64,000 bases of DNA from Pseudanabaenaceae cyanobacterium bins.68 (GCA_033762795.1 JANRLH010000013.1:12172-76171), one strand, 5' to 3'; shown: positions 37,236-47,212, numbered from the stretch's first letter. Made by a program: numbers and translations. Notes: generated by a model from the sequence alone, not told the origin.

Positions 37236-37310
37236 TCCAGCCGAAATTGTCTCACCACCATCACCGCCCTGGAAAATTAAGCGCGGTTCTAGCTCATATT
37301 TTGCCTTTTC

Positions 37311-37763
37311 CTATCTCACCACCATCACTGCGCAGGGGGCGTGATGCACCACATAGTCACTCACACTACCGAGCATTAGCCTTTCAAGGTTACCTAAACC
37401 GCGAGAGCCGATAATTAATAAATCGGCAGTTTCAGCTTGGGCGATCGCACAGATTTTTTCGCGGGGGTTGCCCTGTTCCAGGCGAGTTTGGCAAGATACC
37501 TGGCGATCGCTAGCAATTTGTTGGTATTGATCGAGCAGTTGTTGGGCGGCACTAAGCAATCGCGCTTCTAACTCTAGGTCAGGATAATTTTGGATGCCAA
37601 CTAGATCACCAGTGGGCAGGGCAATACTAGAGAAGTAGGGAGGAGTAGATTCCACTACGGTCAGCAAAATTAGTTCCGCTTTTAGGGGTAATGCTAGAGC
37701 TAGAGACTTTTCAAACACGTTTTGACTAACTTGAGAATGATCAAGGGCGGTGAGGATTTTCAT
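37311..37763 (-). CDS. Universal stress protein (UspA family)
   Basis: DLLIIGSRGLGNLERLMLGSVSDYVVHHAPCAVMVV is the ATP-binding Usp motif, 150 aa. Confidence 0.88.
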   Translation of the reverse strand: MKILTALDHSQVSQNVFEKSLALALPLKAELILLTVVESTPPYFSSIALPTGDLVGIQNYPDLELEARLLSAAQQLLDQYQQIASDRQVSCQTRLEQGNPREKICAIAQAETADLLIIGSRGLGNLERLMLGSVSDYVVHHAPCAVMVVR

Positions 37764-37812
37764 TAGTTAAAATTCAAGGTAGGATAATGATCTTAGCGCT
37801 GATTTAGCGTGG

Positions 37813-38187
37813 TTGTGGCTAAAACTAGTTTACGGATTATCAATAATGATTACTAAATCTGAAGTAGGTAAACTCTATGAAAAAGGCATAGATGAGTTAT
37901 ATCTATTTATCAATGAGCTAGAGAAAAAGTACAAACAAGAGCAGCCTAAACCTCAGCCTACGGTGGTCAGCGCCAGTAAACAACCAGAATTGAACGTCAG
38001 TGTGCCGAGTATTCGCAAGATTCATGGCTTGATTCGCGATCGCGCCAGAGTCGAAATAAAATTACGGGTAAATGAATCCCTCCAAGGGAGAATCTGTTGG
38101 ATTGATCCAGAATGTATTGGAATCGCTGATGGGGAAACTGAATCAGTAATTTGGCTGAAAGCGATCGCTAGTGTGCAGCAGATTTAG
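37813..38187 (+). CDS. hfq: Cyanobacterial-type Hfq (Sm-like) protein, reading frame extended at the N-terminus
   Basis: The C-terminal 64 aa, [62 protein letters not shown], align closely with my memory of Anabaena Hfq (SLPSIRQLQNLIKQAAPVEIKLVTGDAITGRVLWQDPTCVCIADENSRQTTIWKQAIAYLQPK). Possible starts are TTG 37813, ATG 37846 and GTG 37963 (74 aa, canonical size). Confidence 0.8.
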   Translation: MWLKLVYGLSIMITKSEVGKLYEKGIDELYLFINELEKKYKQEQPKPQPTVVSASKQPELNVSVPSIRKIHGLIRDRARVEIKLRVNESLQGRICWIDPECIGIADGETESVIWLKAIASVQQI

Positions 38188-38191
38188 GGCT

Positions 38192-40042
38192 GTGACTCTA
38201 TTGACTAATCCCGAAAAATTGCAGGCGCGGCTCAGAGAAATTCCCCAAGAGCCAGGGGTTTACTTCATGCGCGATCGCCAGGATCAGATTCTCTACATTG
38301 GCAAATCTAAGAGTCTGCGCAATCGGGTGCGTTCTTACTTTCGCAGCCTTCCAGATCTCTCACCCCGCATTGCCATGATGGTACGCCAAGTGAGTGAAAT
38401 TGAATTTATTGTCACCGATACTGAAGCTGAAGCCCTCGCCCTAGAAGATAATCTAATCAAGCGCCATCAGCCCTACTATAATGTTCTGCTCAAGGATGAT
38501 AAGAAATACCCTTACGTCTGTATTACCTGGTCAGAGGACTATCCGCGCATTTTTATTACGCGCAATCGCCGCAGTAAGAGTGCCAAGGATCGCTACTATG
38601 GCCCTTATGTGGATTCGCGATCGCTCTCTAGAACCCTATGGATTATTAAACGCACTTTCCCTTTGCGCCAAAGACCATTACCGATGTTTAAGGATCGTCC
38701 CTGCTTAAACTATGACATGGGCCTATGCCCTGGCGTCTGTCAGCAGTTGATCACTCCTAGTGACTACCATAAAACCATGGAAAAAGTGGCAATGATCTTC
38801 CAAGGTCGCACTAGTGAATTGATTGATCAGATTAATTTGAAAATGGAAAGAGCAGCCGAAAATTTAGAATTTGAGAAGGCAGCTAATCTTCGCGACCAAA
38901 TCAATACGCTCAAGCATCTAGGTGCAGATCAAAAAGTCTCTCTGCCCGATGATCGGATCAGTCGGGATGCGATCGCCCTAGCTCAAGATCAAGACCATAC
39001 TTCTATTCAGCTATTTCAGATTAGAGCAGGTAGATTAATTGGTAGATTGGCATTTGTGGCTGATAGTCAAAGTGATTCCCCAGAGATGATTCTGCAACGC
39101 ACCCTCGAAGCCCATTATCAAGCTTGCGAAGCCGTAGAGATTCCCAGCGAAGTGCATACCCAGCTAGAACTGCCTGAAGCAGACATTCTGGGAGCTTGGC
39201 TAAGCCAAAAACGCGGCCGCAAAGTGGAAATTGCCACTCCCCAACGCCAGTCTAAAGCCGAACTGATTGAAATGGTGGAACGCAATGCCCAGTATGAACT
39301 AGCTAGAATTCAAAAGCTCAGCGATCGCAACCACCAAAGTCTCGTTGCCCTAGCAGATTTGCTGCATTTACCTGATTTACCTGGTCGAATTGAAGGCTAT
39401 GATATTTCCCATATTCAAGGTTCAGATGCAGTTGCAAGCCAAGTGGTATTCATCGATGGATTGCCCGCTAAACAACATTACCGCCACTATAAGATTCGCA
39501 ATCCTGAAATCCAAACTGGACATTCCGATGACTTTGCGAGCTTGGCAGAAGTTTTAGAACGCAGGTTCCGCCGCTATAATTCAGAGCTAAGGGGACAGAA
39601 GAGCAGTGATTTTCCCGATCTAGTGATGATTGACGGTGGCAAAGGACAACTCTCTGCGGTGATGAAAGTGATTGAAAAGCTAGGCTTAAGTTCAGAGTTG
39701 AGGGTGATTAGCTTAGCGAAGAAAAGAGAAGAAGTATTCTTACCAGGTGAATCTGAGCCGCTTGCTGCTGATGCCGAACACCCTGGAGTCCAACTATTGA
39801 GAAGGCTACGAGATGAAGCCCATCGTTTTGCCATTACTTTTCATCGTCAAAAACGCTCTCAACGGATGCAGCGATCGCACCTCGATCAAATTCCAGGATT
39901 AGGTCATTATCGCCAAAAACAACTACTAGCTAAATTCCATTCAGTCGAATATATTCGCCAAGCCACCCTAGCTCAAATTGCCACCACGCCTGGCATCGGT
40001 CAAAAGTTAGCCCAGATTATTTATGGATACTTCCATCCCTAG
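38192..40042 (+). CDS. uvrC: Excinuclease ABC subunit C
   Basis: GIY-YIG ([25 protein letters not shown]), UVR domain, C-terminal (HhH)2. The ORF track starts at GTG 38171, overlapping hfq. In-frame GTG 38192 lies 4 nt after the hfq stop. Confidence 0.92.
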   Translation: MTLLTNPEKLQARLREIPQEPGVYFMRDRQDQILYIGKSKSLRNRVRSYFRSLPDLSPRIAMMVRQVSEIEFIVTDTEAEALALEDNLIKRHQPYYNVLLKDDKKYPYVCITWSEDYPRIFITRNRRSKSAKDRYYGPYVDSRSLSRTLWIIKRTFPLRQRPLPMFKDRPCLNYDMGLCPGVCQQLITPSDYHKTMEKVAMIFQGRTSELIDQINLKMERAAENLEFEKAANLRDQINTLKHLGADQKVSLPDDRISRDAIALAQDQDHTSIQLFQIRAGRLIGRLAFVADSQSDSPEMILQRTLEAHYQACEAVEIPSEVHTQLELPEADILGAWLSQKRGRKVEIATPQRQSKAELIEMVERNAQYELARIQKLSDRNHQSLVALADLLHLPDLPGRIEGYDISHIQGSDAVASQVVFIDGLPAKQHYRHYKIRNPEIQTGHSDDFASLAEVLERRFRRYNSELRGQKSSDFPDLVMIDGGKGQLSAVMKVIEKLGLSSELRVISLAKKREEVFLPGESEPLAADAEHPGVQLLRRLRDEAHRFAITFHRQKRSQRMQRSHLDQIPGLGHYRQKQLLAKFHSVEYIRQATLAQIATTPGIGQKLAQIIYGYFHP

Positions 40043-40163
40043 CAGGACTTACGCAGCCTAAGTTGGGAACTGCTGTAAAAAGGGAGTTTGAGGGCTTTGC
40101 CCTCAAGTGGAACCCCACTCCCCACTTAAAGCCAGGGTTTGGATCACCTTTGCGTAAGTCCTA
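40043..40163 (+). mobile_element. MITE-like element, copy A (121 bp)
   Basis: Termini CAGGACTTACGCA...TGCGTAAGTCCTA, internal hairpin GAGGGC-TTT-GCCCTC, flanked by perfect 5-bp direct repeats CCTAG (40038..40042 and 40164..40168). Confidence 0.8.
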
Positions 40164-40309
40164 CCTAGCTTAAAATCAGACAGATTCAGGACTGATTAAC
40201 CTGCAATAAGCAGACTACTTTGGGAAATGTTGAAAACAGAGGCAGGACTTACCCGGGGAAAATGGGTTTAATAAATAAACGGTCAAGAATATTACCCAGG
40301 ATCAGTCCA

Positions 40310-41260
40310 TCAAGCATAAAGGTGGGAAACCAAATCACCATAACCGTTATAGATCAAAGTGCGGCGGCGATCGCTACTCCCCAGCATTCTTTCAGTTGCC
40401 TGTGACCAACGGGGATGGGGAATCGTGGGATTGACGTTAGCGGTAAAGTCGTACTCATAGGGGATTAAGGTATTCCAGAAAGTAGGGGGTTGAGTCTCAG
40501 TTAATTCAATTTTTACAATCGACTTAATACTTTTAAACCCATACTTCCAGGGTACGACCAATCGAATGGGAGCACCATGTTGCTTAGGTAACTCATGGCC
40601 ATAGATACCCACTGCCAAAAATGCTAGGTCATGATAGGCTTCTGCCAGGGTAAGCCCCTCAGTGTAGGGCCAAGGGGGAGCCATGGTCTGATTGGGAGCC
40701 TGCTGCAAATTTTGGAAAGTGGTCATCTTCACAAATTTAGCTTTTGCCTGAGGTTCGACTTTCGCCAACAGCGCCTTCAGGGGGAAGCCAATCCAAGGAA
40801 CAGCCATCGCCCAGGTTTCCACGCAGCGATGACGATAGAGCCGCTCCTCTAGGGGGATTTTCGCGATCAGATCCTCGATCGCTATGGTTTGAGGCTGAGC
40901 CACCAGGCCAGTTACTTCTATAGCCCAGGGGTGAGTTTGAAACTTGCTCACATGCCGCCACACCTCTTTACCACTACTAAACTCATAAAAATTGTTATAG
41001 GTAGCAGCGATCGCTTCATCCGTAAGTTCCCGATCAAGGGTGTAATTGGAATTACGGCGGGCAGCGAGGGCTTTTAGTTGGGCTTGATTGAGTTGTGCCC
41101 TCACCGGCTTCGCCTTCTGCGCTGGGGTTGCACAGCCGCCCAAAACTGTAGCTAAGCCGATCACCCCACCTAAAAATTGACGGCGATTGAGGTAGACCGA
41201 TTCGCTAGTGGCTTGATGCTCTGGAATCCACCAATCGGGCAAGATTTTAATTAGGGGCAT
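40310..41260 (-). CDS. msrP: Protein-methionine-sulfoxide reductase catalytic subunit MsrP (YedY-type molybdoenzyme)
   Basis: Tat-like LNRRQFLGGVIGLATVLGG, NNFYEF, and a sulfite-oxidase-fold pattern (HRCVETW..VPWKYGFKSIKSIV), 316 aa. Confidence 0.88.
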   Translation of the reverse strand: MPLIKILPDWWIPEHQATSESVYLNRRQFLGGVIGLATVLGGCATPAQKAKPVRAQLNQAQLKALAARRNSNYTLDRELTDEAIAATYNNFYEFSSGKEVWRHVSKFQTHPWAIEVTGLVAQPQTIAIEDLIAKIPLEERLYRHRCVETWAMAVPWIGFPLKALLAKVEPQAKAKFVKMTTFQNLQQAPNQTMAPPWPYTEGLTLAEAYHDLAFLAVGIYGHELPKQHGAPIRLVVPWKYGFKSIKSIVKIELTETQPPTFWNTLIPYEYDFTANVNPTIPHPRWSQATERMLGSSDRRRTLIYNGYGDLVSHLYA

Positions 41261-41265
41261 AGATT

Positions 41266-42186
41266 TTAGTGGGGTAATTCAGCTTTGAGTTCTCTTTCCA
41301 TTAACCCCTCTACGGCTTCTTGGGGAGAAATTTCCGCAGCCAAGAGGCGCTGCACATAGCTACAGATCGGCACAGAAATTTGATGTTGGGTCGCCCAATG
41401 GACGATCACCTGGGCAGTATTTACGCCCTCTGCCGTCCCTTCAATTTCCTGTAAGGCTTGAGCAAGATTTTTGCCCTGGGCTAAGCCGTAGCCGACTCGA
41501 TAGTTGCGACTGAGGCTGCTATTGCAGGTGGCAAGCAGATCCCCTAAACCCGATAGTCCCCAGAAGGTTTGGGGTTGGGCGCCGAATTTGCTACCCACTC
41601 GGATGATTTCAATCAGGGCGCGGGTGGTCAGAGCAGCCTTAGCATTGGCGCCAAGTTGCAGACCATCACATACGCCCACGGCGATCGCAATTACATTTTT
41701 TAAGGTACCACCTAGCTCTACACCCAAAGGATCATCGTTGGTGTAGACCCGAAAATTACGATTGGCAAAAATGCTCTGCACCTCTTGGGCAGTGGTTGGG
41801 CTAGCGCTAGCCACCACCGTAGCGCAGGGTAAGCCTGCAGCAATTTCCTGGGACAGGTTAGGGCCAGACAGCACCGCGATCGCTTGATCACCTAAAGCTG
41901 CTTGCCATAGCTGGAGCGCAGTTCGCCTAGTGCCCGGTTCTAGTCCCTTGGTCGCACTCACAAAAATCAGCTTTGGATCTAGGTCAAGCTGTTTGATCTG
42001 AGCAATTAGGGGTAGTACACCAGCGATCGCTACCGCCGAAACTAAAAAGTCTTGCCCCGCAATCAATTCTGCTAGGGGCTGGCTAGTCTGGCGACTGTAA
42101 AAGCTGACCTGATGACCATTTTGGCACAGCAAACTACCCAGGGTTTTACCCCAAGTACCTGCTCCCAACACCAGCACTCTAGCCAC
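41266..42186 (-). CDS. gpsA: NAD(P)H-dependent glycerol-3-phosphate dehydrogenase
   Basis: VLVLGAGTWGKTL Rossmann motif, GPNLSQEIA, GTLKNVIAIAVG, 306 aa. Overlaps the typA stop by 8 nt. Confidence 0.9.
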   Translation of the reverse strand: MARVLVLGAGTWGKTLGSLLCQNGHQVSFYSRQTSQPLAELIAGQDFLVSAVAIAGVLPLIAQIKQLDLDPKLIFVSATKGLEPGTRRTALQLWQAALGDQAIAVLSGPNLSQEIAAGLPCATVVASASPTTAQEVQSIFANRNFRVYTNDDPLGVELGGTLKNVIAIAVGVCDGLQLGANAKAALTTRALIEIIRVGSKFGAQPQTFWGLSGLGDLLATCNSSLSRNYRVGYGLAQGKNLAQALQEIEGTAEGVNTAQVIVHWATQHQISVPICSYVQRLLAAEISPQEAVEGLMERELKAELPH

Positions 42187-43963
42187 GTTTTTTGGGGATC
42201 TTGCGAATCCGAATCGATTGGGGGGTAACCTCTACCATCTCATCTTCGGTAATATATTCTAGCGATCGCTCCAAAGTCATTTCAATTGGAGCTTGCAGTT
42301 GCACCAGTTCATCTGCTCCTGCCGACCGCATATTAGTAAGTTGCTTGGCTTTGCAGACATTCAGATCTAGATCCTGCTGGCGATTATTTTCGCCAATCAC
42401 CATGCCCTTGTACACCTTAGTGCCAGGGGTAATGAAGAAGGAGCCGCGATCTTCGGCATTTTTCATGGCATAAAAAGTGGCTTCGCCTTCCTCAAAGGAA
42501 ATCAGCACACCGTTCCTTCTGCCCTCTAGCTCACCAGCCATGGGGCGATAATCCAAAAAGCTATGGTTCATAATTCCTGCGCCCCGAGTAATCCGCATGA
42601 AATCACCCCGAAAGCCTACTAGCCCCCGCGCTGGAATCACAAATTCAATCTGAGTACGGCCATTGCCAAACACCTGCATGTCCCGCATCTCTCCCTTACG
42701 CTGGCCCAGGCGCTCAATGCAACCACCCACCGCATCATCAGGCACATCTAGAACCAGCAACTCAAACGGCTCACATTTCTGACCATTGATTTCGCGGAAA
42801 ATTACCTGGGGTTGGGATACCTGAAACTCAAACCCTTCGCGGCGCATGGTCTCAATTAAGATCCCCAAATGCAATTCTCCTCTGCCAGAAACCGCAAAGC
42901 GATCGGGAGAATCTGTATCTTCTACCCGCAAGGCCACATTGGTCTCTAGCTCTCTGGCAAAGCGATCTCGCAACTGTCTGGAGGTCACAAACTTACCCTC
43001 CTTGCCCGCAAAAGGCGAATCATTGACACAGAAAGTCATTTGCAGGGTAGGCTCATCCACTTTGATCATCGGCAAGGCGCGGGGATCAGCAGGATCGGTA
43101 ATGGTTTCGCCAATATTTGCGGTTGCAAATCCCGCTACTGCTACGATATTGCCGGCGCTGGATTCTTCCAGTTCAATCCGCTTCAAGCCATCAAAGCCCA
43201 GGAGTTTAGTCACTCGACCTTTCTCAATCGTGCCGTCTTCTTTGACCAGGGCTGCCTGCTGGTTAGCCTTGATCTTGCCATTATGAATTTTGCCAATCAC
43301 AATCCGCCCCAAGTAATCAGAATAGTCTAGGGTAGTGACCTGAAGTTGTAGCGGCGCTTCAGGATCGCCAATTGGTGCCGGCACATGGTGCAGAATCGCT
43401 TCAAATAGAGGCTTCATATCGTCATTCTTCTGCTCGAGCGTCTCCTGGGCAAAGCCCTGTAAGCCAGAGCCAAACAGGTAGGGGAAATCACACTGATCAT
43501 CATCTGCGCCTAGCTCTAAAAATAGGTCTAATACTTTATCTACGGCAATGTGGGGATCAGCTTGGGCGCGGTCAACCTTATTCACAAATACTACGGGGCG
43601 CAGTCCTTTTTCTAGGGCTTTACGCAACACAAAGCGAGTTTGGGGCATGGGGCCTTCGTTGGCATCGACAATTAACAGGCAGCCTTCAACCATGCCTAGC
43701 ACCCGTTCTACTTCACCGCCAAAGTCGGCGTGACCTGGAGTATCGACAATATTGATCAGGGTTTCGCCGTACTTGACCGCAGTGTTTTTCGACAAAATGG
43801 TAATGCCTCGCTCTTTCTCTAGGTCATTGGAGTCCATTACACAGGTTTCAACTACTTCTCCCGTGCGAAATACCCCAGATTGCTGTAGCAGAGCATCTAC
43901 TAGGGTGGTCTTGCCATGGTCTACGTGGGCGATAATGGCAACATTACGAATGGGCAGTGACAT
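42179..43963 (-). CDS. typA: Translational GTPase TypA/BipA
   Basis: [19 protein letters not shown] (G1), [12 protein letters not shown] (G3), NKVD (G4), 594 aa. Confidence 0.95.
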   Translation of the reverse strand: MSLPIRNVAIIAHVDHGKTTLVDALLQQSGVFRTGEVVETCVMDSNDLEKERGITILSKNTAVKYGETLINIVDTPGHADFGGEVERVLGMVEGCLLIVDANEGPMPQTRFVLRKALEKGLRPVVFVNKVDRAQADPHIAVDKVLDLFLELGADDDQCDFPYLFGSGLQGFAQETLEQKNDDMKPLFEAILHHVPAPIGDPEAPLQLQVTTLDYSDYLGRIVIGKIHNGKIKANQQAALVKEDGTIEKGRVTKLLGFDGLKRIELEESSAGNIVAVAGFATANIGETITDPADPRALPMIKVDEPTLQMTFCVNDSPFAGKEGKFVTSRQLRDRFARELETNVALRVEDTDSPDRFAVSGRGELHLGILIETMRREGFEFQVSQPQVIFREINGQKCEPFELLVLDVPDDAVGGCIERLGQRKGEMRDMQVFGNGRTQIEFVIPARGLVGFRGDFMRITRGAGIMNHSFLDYRPMAGELEGRRNGVLISFEEGEATFYAMKNAEDRGSFFITPGTKVYKGMVIGENNRQQDLDLNVCKAKQLTNMRSAGADELVQLQAPIEMTLERSLEYITEDEMVEVTPQSIRIRKIPKKRG

Positions 43964-44084
43964 AAATGTATTGAGCTGTTAAGTGAGCGCTGTTCGATCT
44001 TAATTATGCTTGACTTCTGTTAAAAAATGTCAAGTAAATCTGGGCATATTTACAGAAAAAATGGTAATCCTAAACGAGTAAGCA

Positions 44085-44166
44085 TGAGAGTTGGGTGGGG
44101 GTTTGGGGGCATAGCCCCACACCCCACTTAAAGCCAAGGTTTTAGATCACCTTTGCGTAAGTCCTA
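44085..44166 (+). mobile_element. MITE-like element, 5'-truncated or degenerate copy C
   Basis: 44113..44166 CCCCACACCCCACTTAAAGCCAAGGTTTTAGATCACCTTTGCGTAAGTCCTA is near-identical to the 3' half of copy B. No left TIR is recognisable. Confidence 0.6.
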
Positions 44167-44169
44167 CAA

Positions 44170-45438
44170 TTAAGAATTTAGGTAAGAATTGAGGGCTATT
44201 TGCAGCTGATGTTCACCTGCTTGTGGCTGATCTTCAAGTAGAGCCTGGGCAGCAGCAAGTAGCTCTGGAGCTTGAGCTTGGAGGTCTGGTCTAGTATTTA
44301 GATAGAGTTGCAGCGCTGCGTAAGGATTGAGGATAGGGCTGAGATCTTGATTGCCTAGTCTAAGTCTAGAAGGGCTGGCAGCAATTTGAGGGGAAATGGT
44401 GTAGGTGTGGGTGATCGCTAGAGCATGGTGAATTTCGGTTAGGTCTAGCAGGGGCTGGTGTTCGGGCTTGATTTTATAGACCAAACGCGCGATCGCGCCA
44501 GGGATGTCAGCTTGGGCAATGGCAGCTAAAAGTTGCGCCTGGGCTTGGTGAGGTTGCTCTAATTGGCTCAGATCAGCAGTGATGGTGATAAAGGGGCGGG
44601 CGGGGAGGGCGCAGAAGTGAAACTCACATTTAGTTTGATCGATCTCTACCCACATATAGCCCTTGGCTTCATGCTCTTCGCCAAAATCTACCCGTTCAAT
44701 GCTGCCAGGATAGACCACCGGCGGATCTTGATGCAAAACCTGATGCTTATGCACATGACCTAGGGCGACATAGCTAAATTCTGGTCGAGCCAATAAATTT
44801 AAGGGTAGGGTAAAGCCAGTGCCGGCGGCTAAAAAGCGCTCTGCTCCCATAGTGGCTCGATCTACCATGGCATGAGCGAGTAAGATCGCCGGAATTTCAG
44901 GATCAAGTTGGCGAATTTCGGCTTCTAAAACCAGATGTAAGCGATCGAGCAGCACTTTGCCCACCGCTTCTAGGGATAGTCCATCAGTTTCAGCTTTGGT
45001 CAAAAGAGTAGAGCGGGTGAGCCAGGGTAAGCAAGTTACTTGAATCTCACCGTTTCTAGTGGCAATTTTGTGGGTTTGTAAGCGATCGCCCACCACAAAA
45101 CCCGGTACAGCCAAACTGCGAAAAATATCTAGACTATTGCTAGCTTGAGAATGGCGATCGTGGTTACCAATCAGCAGCACAGTCGGAATTTCTGCATCAG
45201 CTAAGCGGCGAAATTGACTGGCAAAAAGCTGCTGCACTTGGGGAGAAGGAGTAGCATCTGGAAAAGCATCACCGCCAAACAGCACTATGTCGGCAGGCTG
45301 ATCCACGGCTCGATCAATACATATCTGTAAACAGCGCTCAAAATCTTCCAGGCGACTATTGATTCCAGTCTGGGGATTAACCTTGCCATGGGTAAGCGTA
45401 CCTAGATGGATATCAGCGAAATGGAGAACTTTGATCAT
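44170..45438 (-). CDS. sbcD: SbcD/Mre11-family nuclease (metallophosphoesterase)
   Basis: VLHFADIHLG, GGDAF, GNHD, GHVH phosphoesterase motifs, 422 aa. Confidence 0.85.
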   Translation of the reverse strand: MIKVLHFADIHLGTLTHGKVNPQTGINSRLEDFERCLQICIDRAVDQPADIVLFGGDAFPDATPSPQVQQLFASQFRRLADAEIPTVLLIGNHDRHSQASNSLDIFRSLAVPGFVVGDRLQTHKIATRNGEIQVTCLPWLTRSTLLTKAETDGLSLEAVGKVLLDRLHLVLEAEIRQLDPEIPAILLAHAMVDRATMGAERFLAAGTGFTLPLNLLARPEFSYVALGHVHKHQVLHQDPPVVYPGSIERVDFGEEHEAKGYMWVEIDQTKCEFHFCALPARPFITITADLSQLEQPHQAQAQLLAAIAQADIPGAIARLVYKIKPEHQPLLDLTEIHHALAITHTYTISPQIAASPSRLRLGNQDLSPILNPYAALQLYLNTRPDLQAQAPELLAAAQALLEDQPQAGEHQLQIALNSYLNS

Positions 45439-45463
45439 GCCCCTGGTCTCAGGTCTGCAATGC

Positions 45464-46300
45464 CTAAGCTGTAGCTAAAACCTTGCCAGGATTGAGATAA
45501 AAATCAGATAGCAAAGTAAACAGATCCCGATCTGGAGTGTCATTGGGCACCACTCCTTCGGGCATCGCCAGCAATTGATCGGCAATATTCAAGTAGTAAT
45601 CACATACATAGCTGAGTTCTGGATCTTGTTCTGCCATTTCAAATAGAGTCTTCCCTTTTACCCGCGACACTCTAATATCTTCAATCAAAGGCAACACTTC
45701 CAAAACTGGCATTGGCACTTGGGAAATATATTTCTCAATCAGGTCTCGCTTGCTAGTGCGATTGCCAATTAGACCAGCTAAGCGTAGAGGATGGGTGCGC
45801 GCTTTCTCTCTAACTGAAGCAGCAATGCGATTGGCAGCAAACAGGGCATCAAACCCGTTATCTGTGACAATGATGCAATAGTCGGCATAGTTGAGTGGGG
45901 CAGCAAAACCTCCGCAAACCACATCTCCTAACACATCAAACAGAATGACATCATATTCATCAAAGGCATTTAATTCTTTCAGGAGCTTCACGGTTTCACC
46001 AACTACATAACCACCACAGCCTGCACCTGCGGGGGGGCCACCTGCCTCCACACAATCAACTCCGCCATAGCCCTTATAAATTACATCTTCAGGCCAAACA
46101 TCTTCGTAGTGGTAGTCCTTTTCGGCCAGGGTATCAATAATTGTCGGAATTAGATAGCCAGTGAGGGTGAAGGTGCTGTCGTGCTTGGGATCACAGCCAA
46201 TTTGTAAAACTTTTTTGCCTCGCTTAGCCAAGGCTACGGAGATATTGCAACTGGTGGTGGACTTGCCAATGCCGCCCTTGCCATACACTGCTAGTTTCAT
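45464..46300 (-). CDS. chlL: Light-independent protochlorophyllide reductase, Fe-S ATP-binding subunit
   Basis: [48 protein letters not shown] and the cluster cysteines (CVEAGGP..VCGGFA), 278 aa. Confidence 0.95.
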   Translation of the reverse strand: MKLAVYGKGGIGKSTTSCNISVALAKRGKKVLQIGCDPKHDSTFTLTGYLIPTIIDTLAEKDYHYEDVWPEDVIYKGYGGVDCVEAGGPPAGAGCGGYVVGETVKLLKELNAFDEYDVILFDVLGDVVCGGFAAPLNYADYCIIVTDNGFDALFAANRIAASVREKARTHPLRLAGLIGNRTSKRDLIEKYISQVPMPVLEVLPLIEDIRVSRVKGKTLFEMAEQDPELSYVCDYYLNIADQLLAMPEGVVPNDTPDRDLFTLLSDFYLNPGKVLATA

Positions 46301-46540
46301 GAACGCTGTTCCTCTGAGTTTTGGAGTCTATGGGTCATTATGGGCTGCTTAATCTCCGAAAATCTGTTGACGCAATAATCATTAATAAATCTCGATTGCT
46401 TTTAGCTTGATTGTGACCTGCGGAAAACATCCCAGAGTAGCAGCACATATGCTAAATCAACCATGTTTGTGAAGATTTAAGATCAGATCTAGGGTTTAAA
46501 TTCAATTATTTGTATATTTAGATACAGAAAAACTTAAATA

Positions 46541-46672
46541 TAGGACTTGCTAAAGGTGATCTAAAACCCTGACTTTAAGTGGGGTGTGGGGCTAGCGGCT
46601 CCGTCATCCTTCGGTATGTGCCTTCAAATTCCCTTCCTAGACCACTTCCCAAATCAGACTGCATAAATCCTG
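46541..46672 (-). mobile_element. MITE-like element, diverged copy D (132 bp, inverted orientation)
   Basis: The reverse complement reads CAGGATTTATGCAGTCTGATTTGGGAAG..GGAATTTGAAGGC..[~27-nt insert]..GCCCCACACCCCACTTAAAGTCAGGGTTTTAGATCACCTTTAGCAAGTCCTA. Flanks are AAATA and AAATG (4/5 match). Confidence 0.65.
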
Positions 46673-46712
46673 AAATGCTTACCTGTTTATAATTTTCGTT
46701 GAGGTAAATTCA

Positions 46713-46958
46713 ATGTTAAGAACTAATTTTAAAAAAATTCCTTCATCAAGGCAGAGCAGCGATCGCGCCATTGGTCTACCTGGGGGACTACAGTGTTTGA
46801 TCCCTAAACCTTCCGCCTGGGTGCAACTGTGGCAACCGATGTCTGACTGTGCAGAGGCTTGGCTAATGTGTGAATACGATAATGGCAGTTGGGCAGCCTG
46901 GATTCCTGATCTAGGGGAAGTGACTTTGACCTGTGAACAGTTTTGCCGGTTAAGTTAA
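46713..46958 (+). CDS. Small hypothetical protein (possibly only the C-terminal 39 aa from ATG 46839)
   Basis: 81-aa ORF. The C-terminal AEAWLMCEYDNGSWAAWIPDLGEVTL resembles a small cyanobacterial peptide motif I recall only loosely. No SD checked. Confidence 0.35.
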   Translation: MLRTNFKKIPSSRQSSDRAIGLPGGLQCLIPKPSAWVQLWQPMSDCAEAWLMCEYDNGSWAAWIPDLGEVTLTCEQFCRLS

Positions 46959-47139
46959 TGCATATTTGAGCCTGTTACCCAGCTTTTGTGGGCTTACCTG
47001 GTATTGCTTAGTACCAGAAACCCGTACAGGGGCTTCCAATCTCAATCATCCTTCAGATGTGTAACAGCCATCAGGCAAAGCCATTTCCTATAGTATTTTC
47101 CCTGTATTTATTTCTTGAATCTGTTATGGTGTGACCAGA

Positions 47140-47212
47140 TGCCAGGACCGAGATTTGAACTCGGGACACGTGGATTTTCAGTCCACTGCTCTACCAACTG
47201 AGCTATCCCGGC
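47140..47212 (-). tRNA. trnF: tRNA-Phe (anticodon GAA)
   Basis: The reverse complement GCCGGGATAGCTCAGTTGGTAGAGCAGTGGACTGAAAATCCACGTGTCCCGAGTTCAAATCTCGGTCCTGGCA folds as a 73-nt cloverleaf. It has a 7-bp acceptor stem (one G-U), D stem GCTC/GAGC, anticodon stem GTGGA/TCCAC with loop CTGAAAA, T stem CCGAG/CTCGG with TTCAAAT, and discriminator A. CCA is not encoded. Confidence 0.93.

Noticed and set aside
40220-40405. 61-aa plus-strand ORF between the MITE and msrP.
   Set aside because: Its 3' half is antisense to the conserved msrP C-terminus, and the 5' half is AT-rich spacer. It has no motifs.
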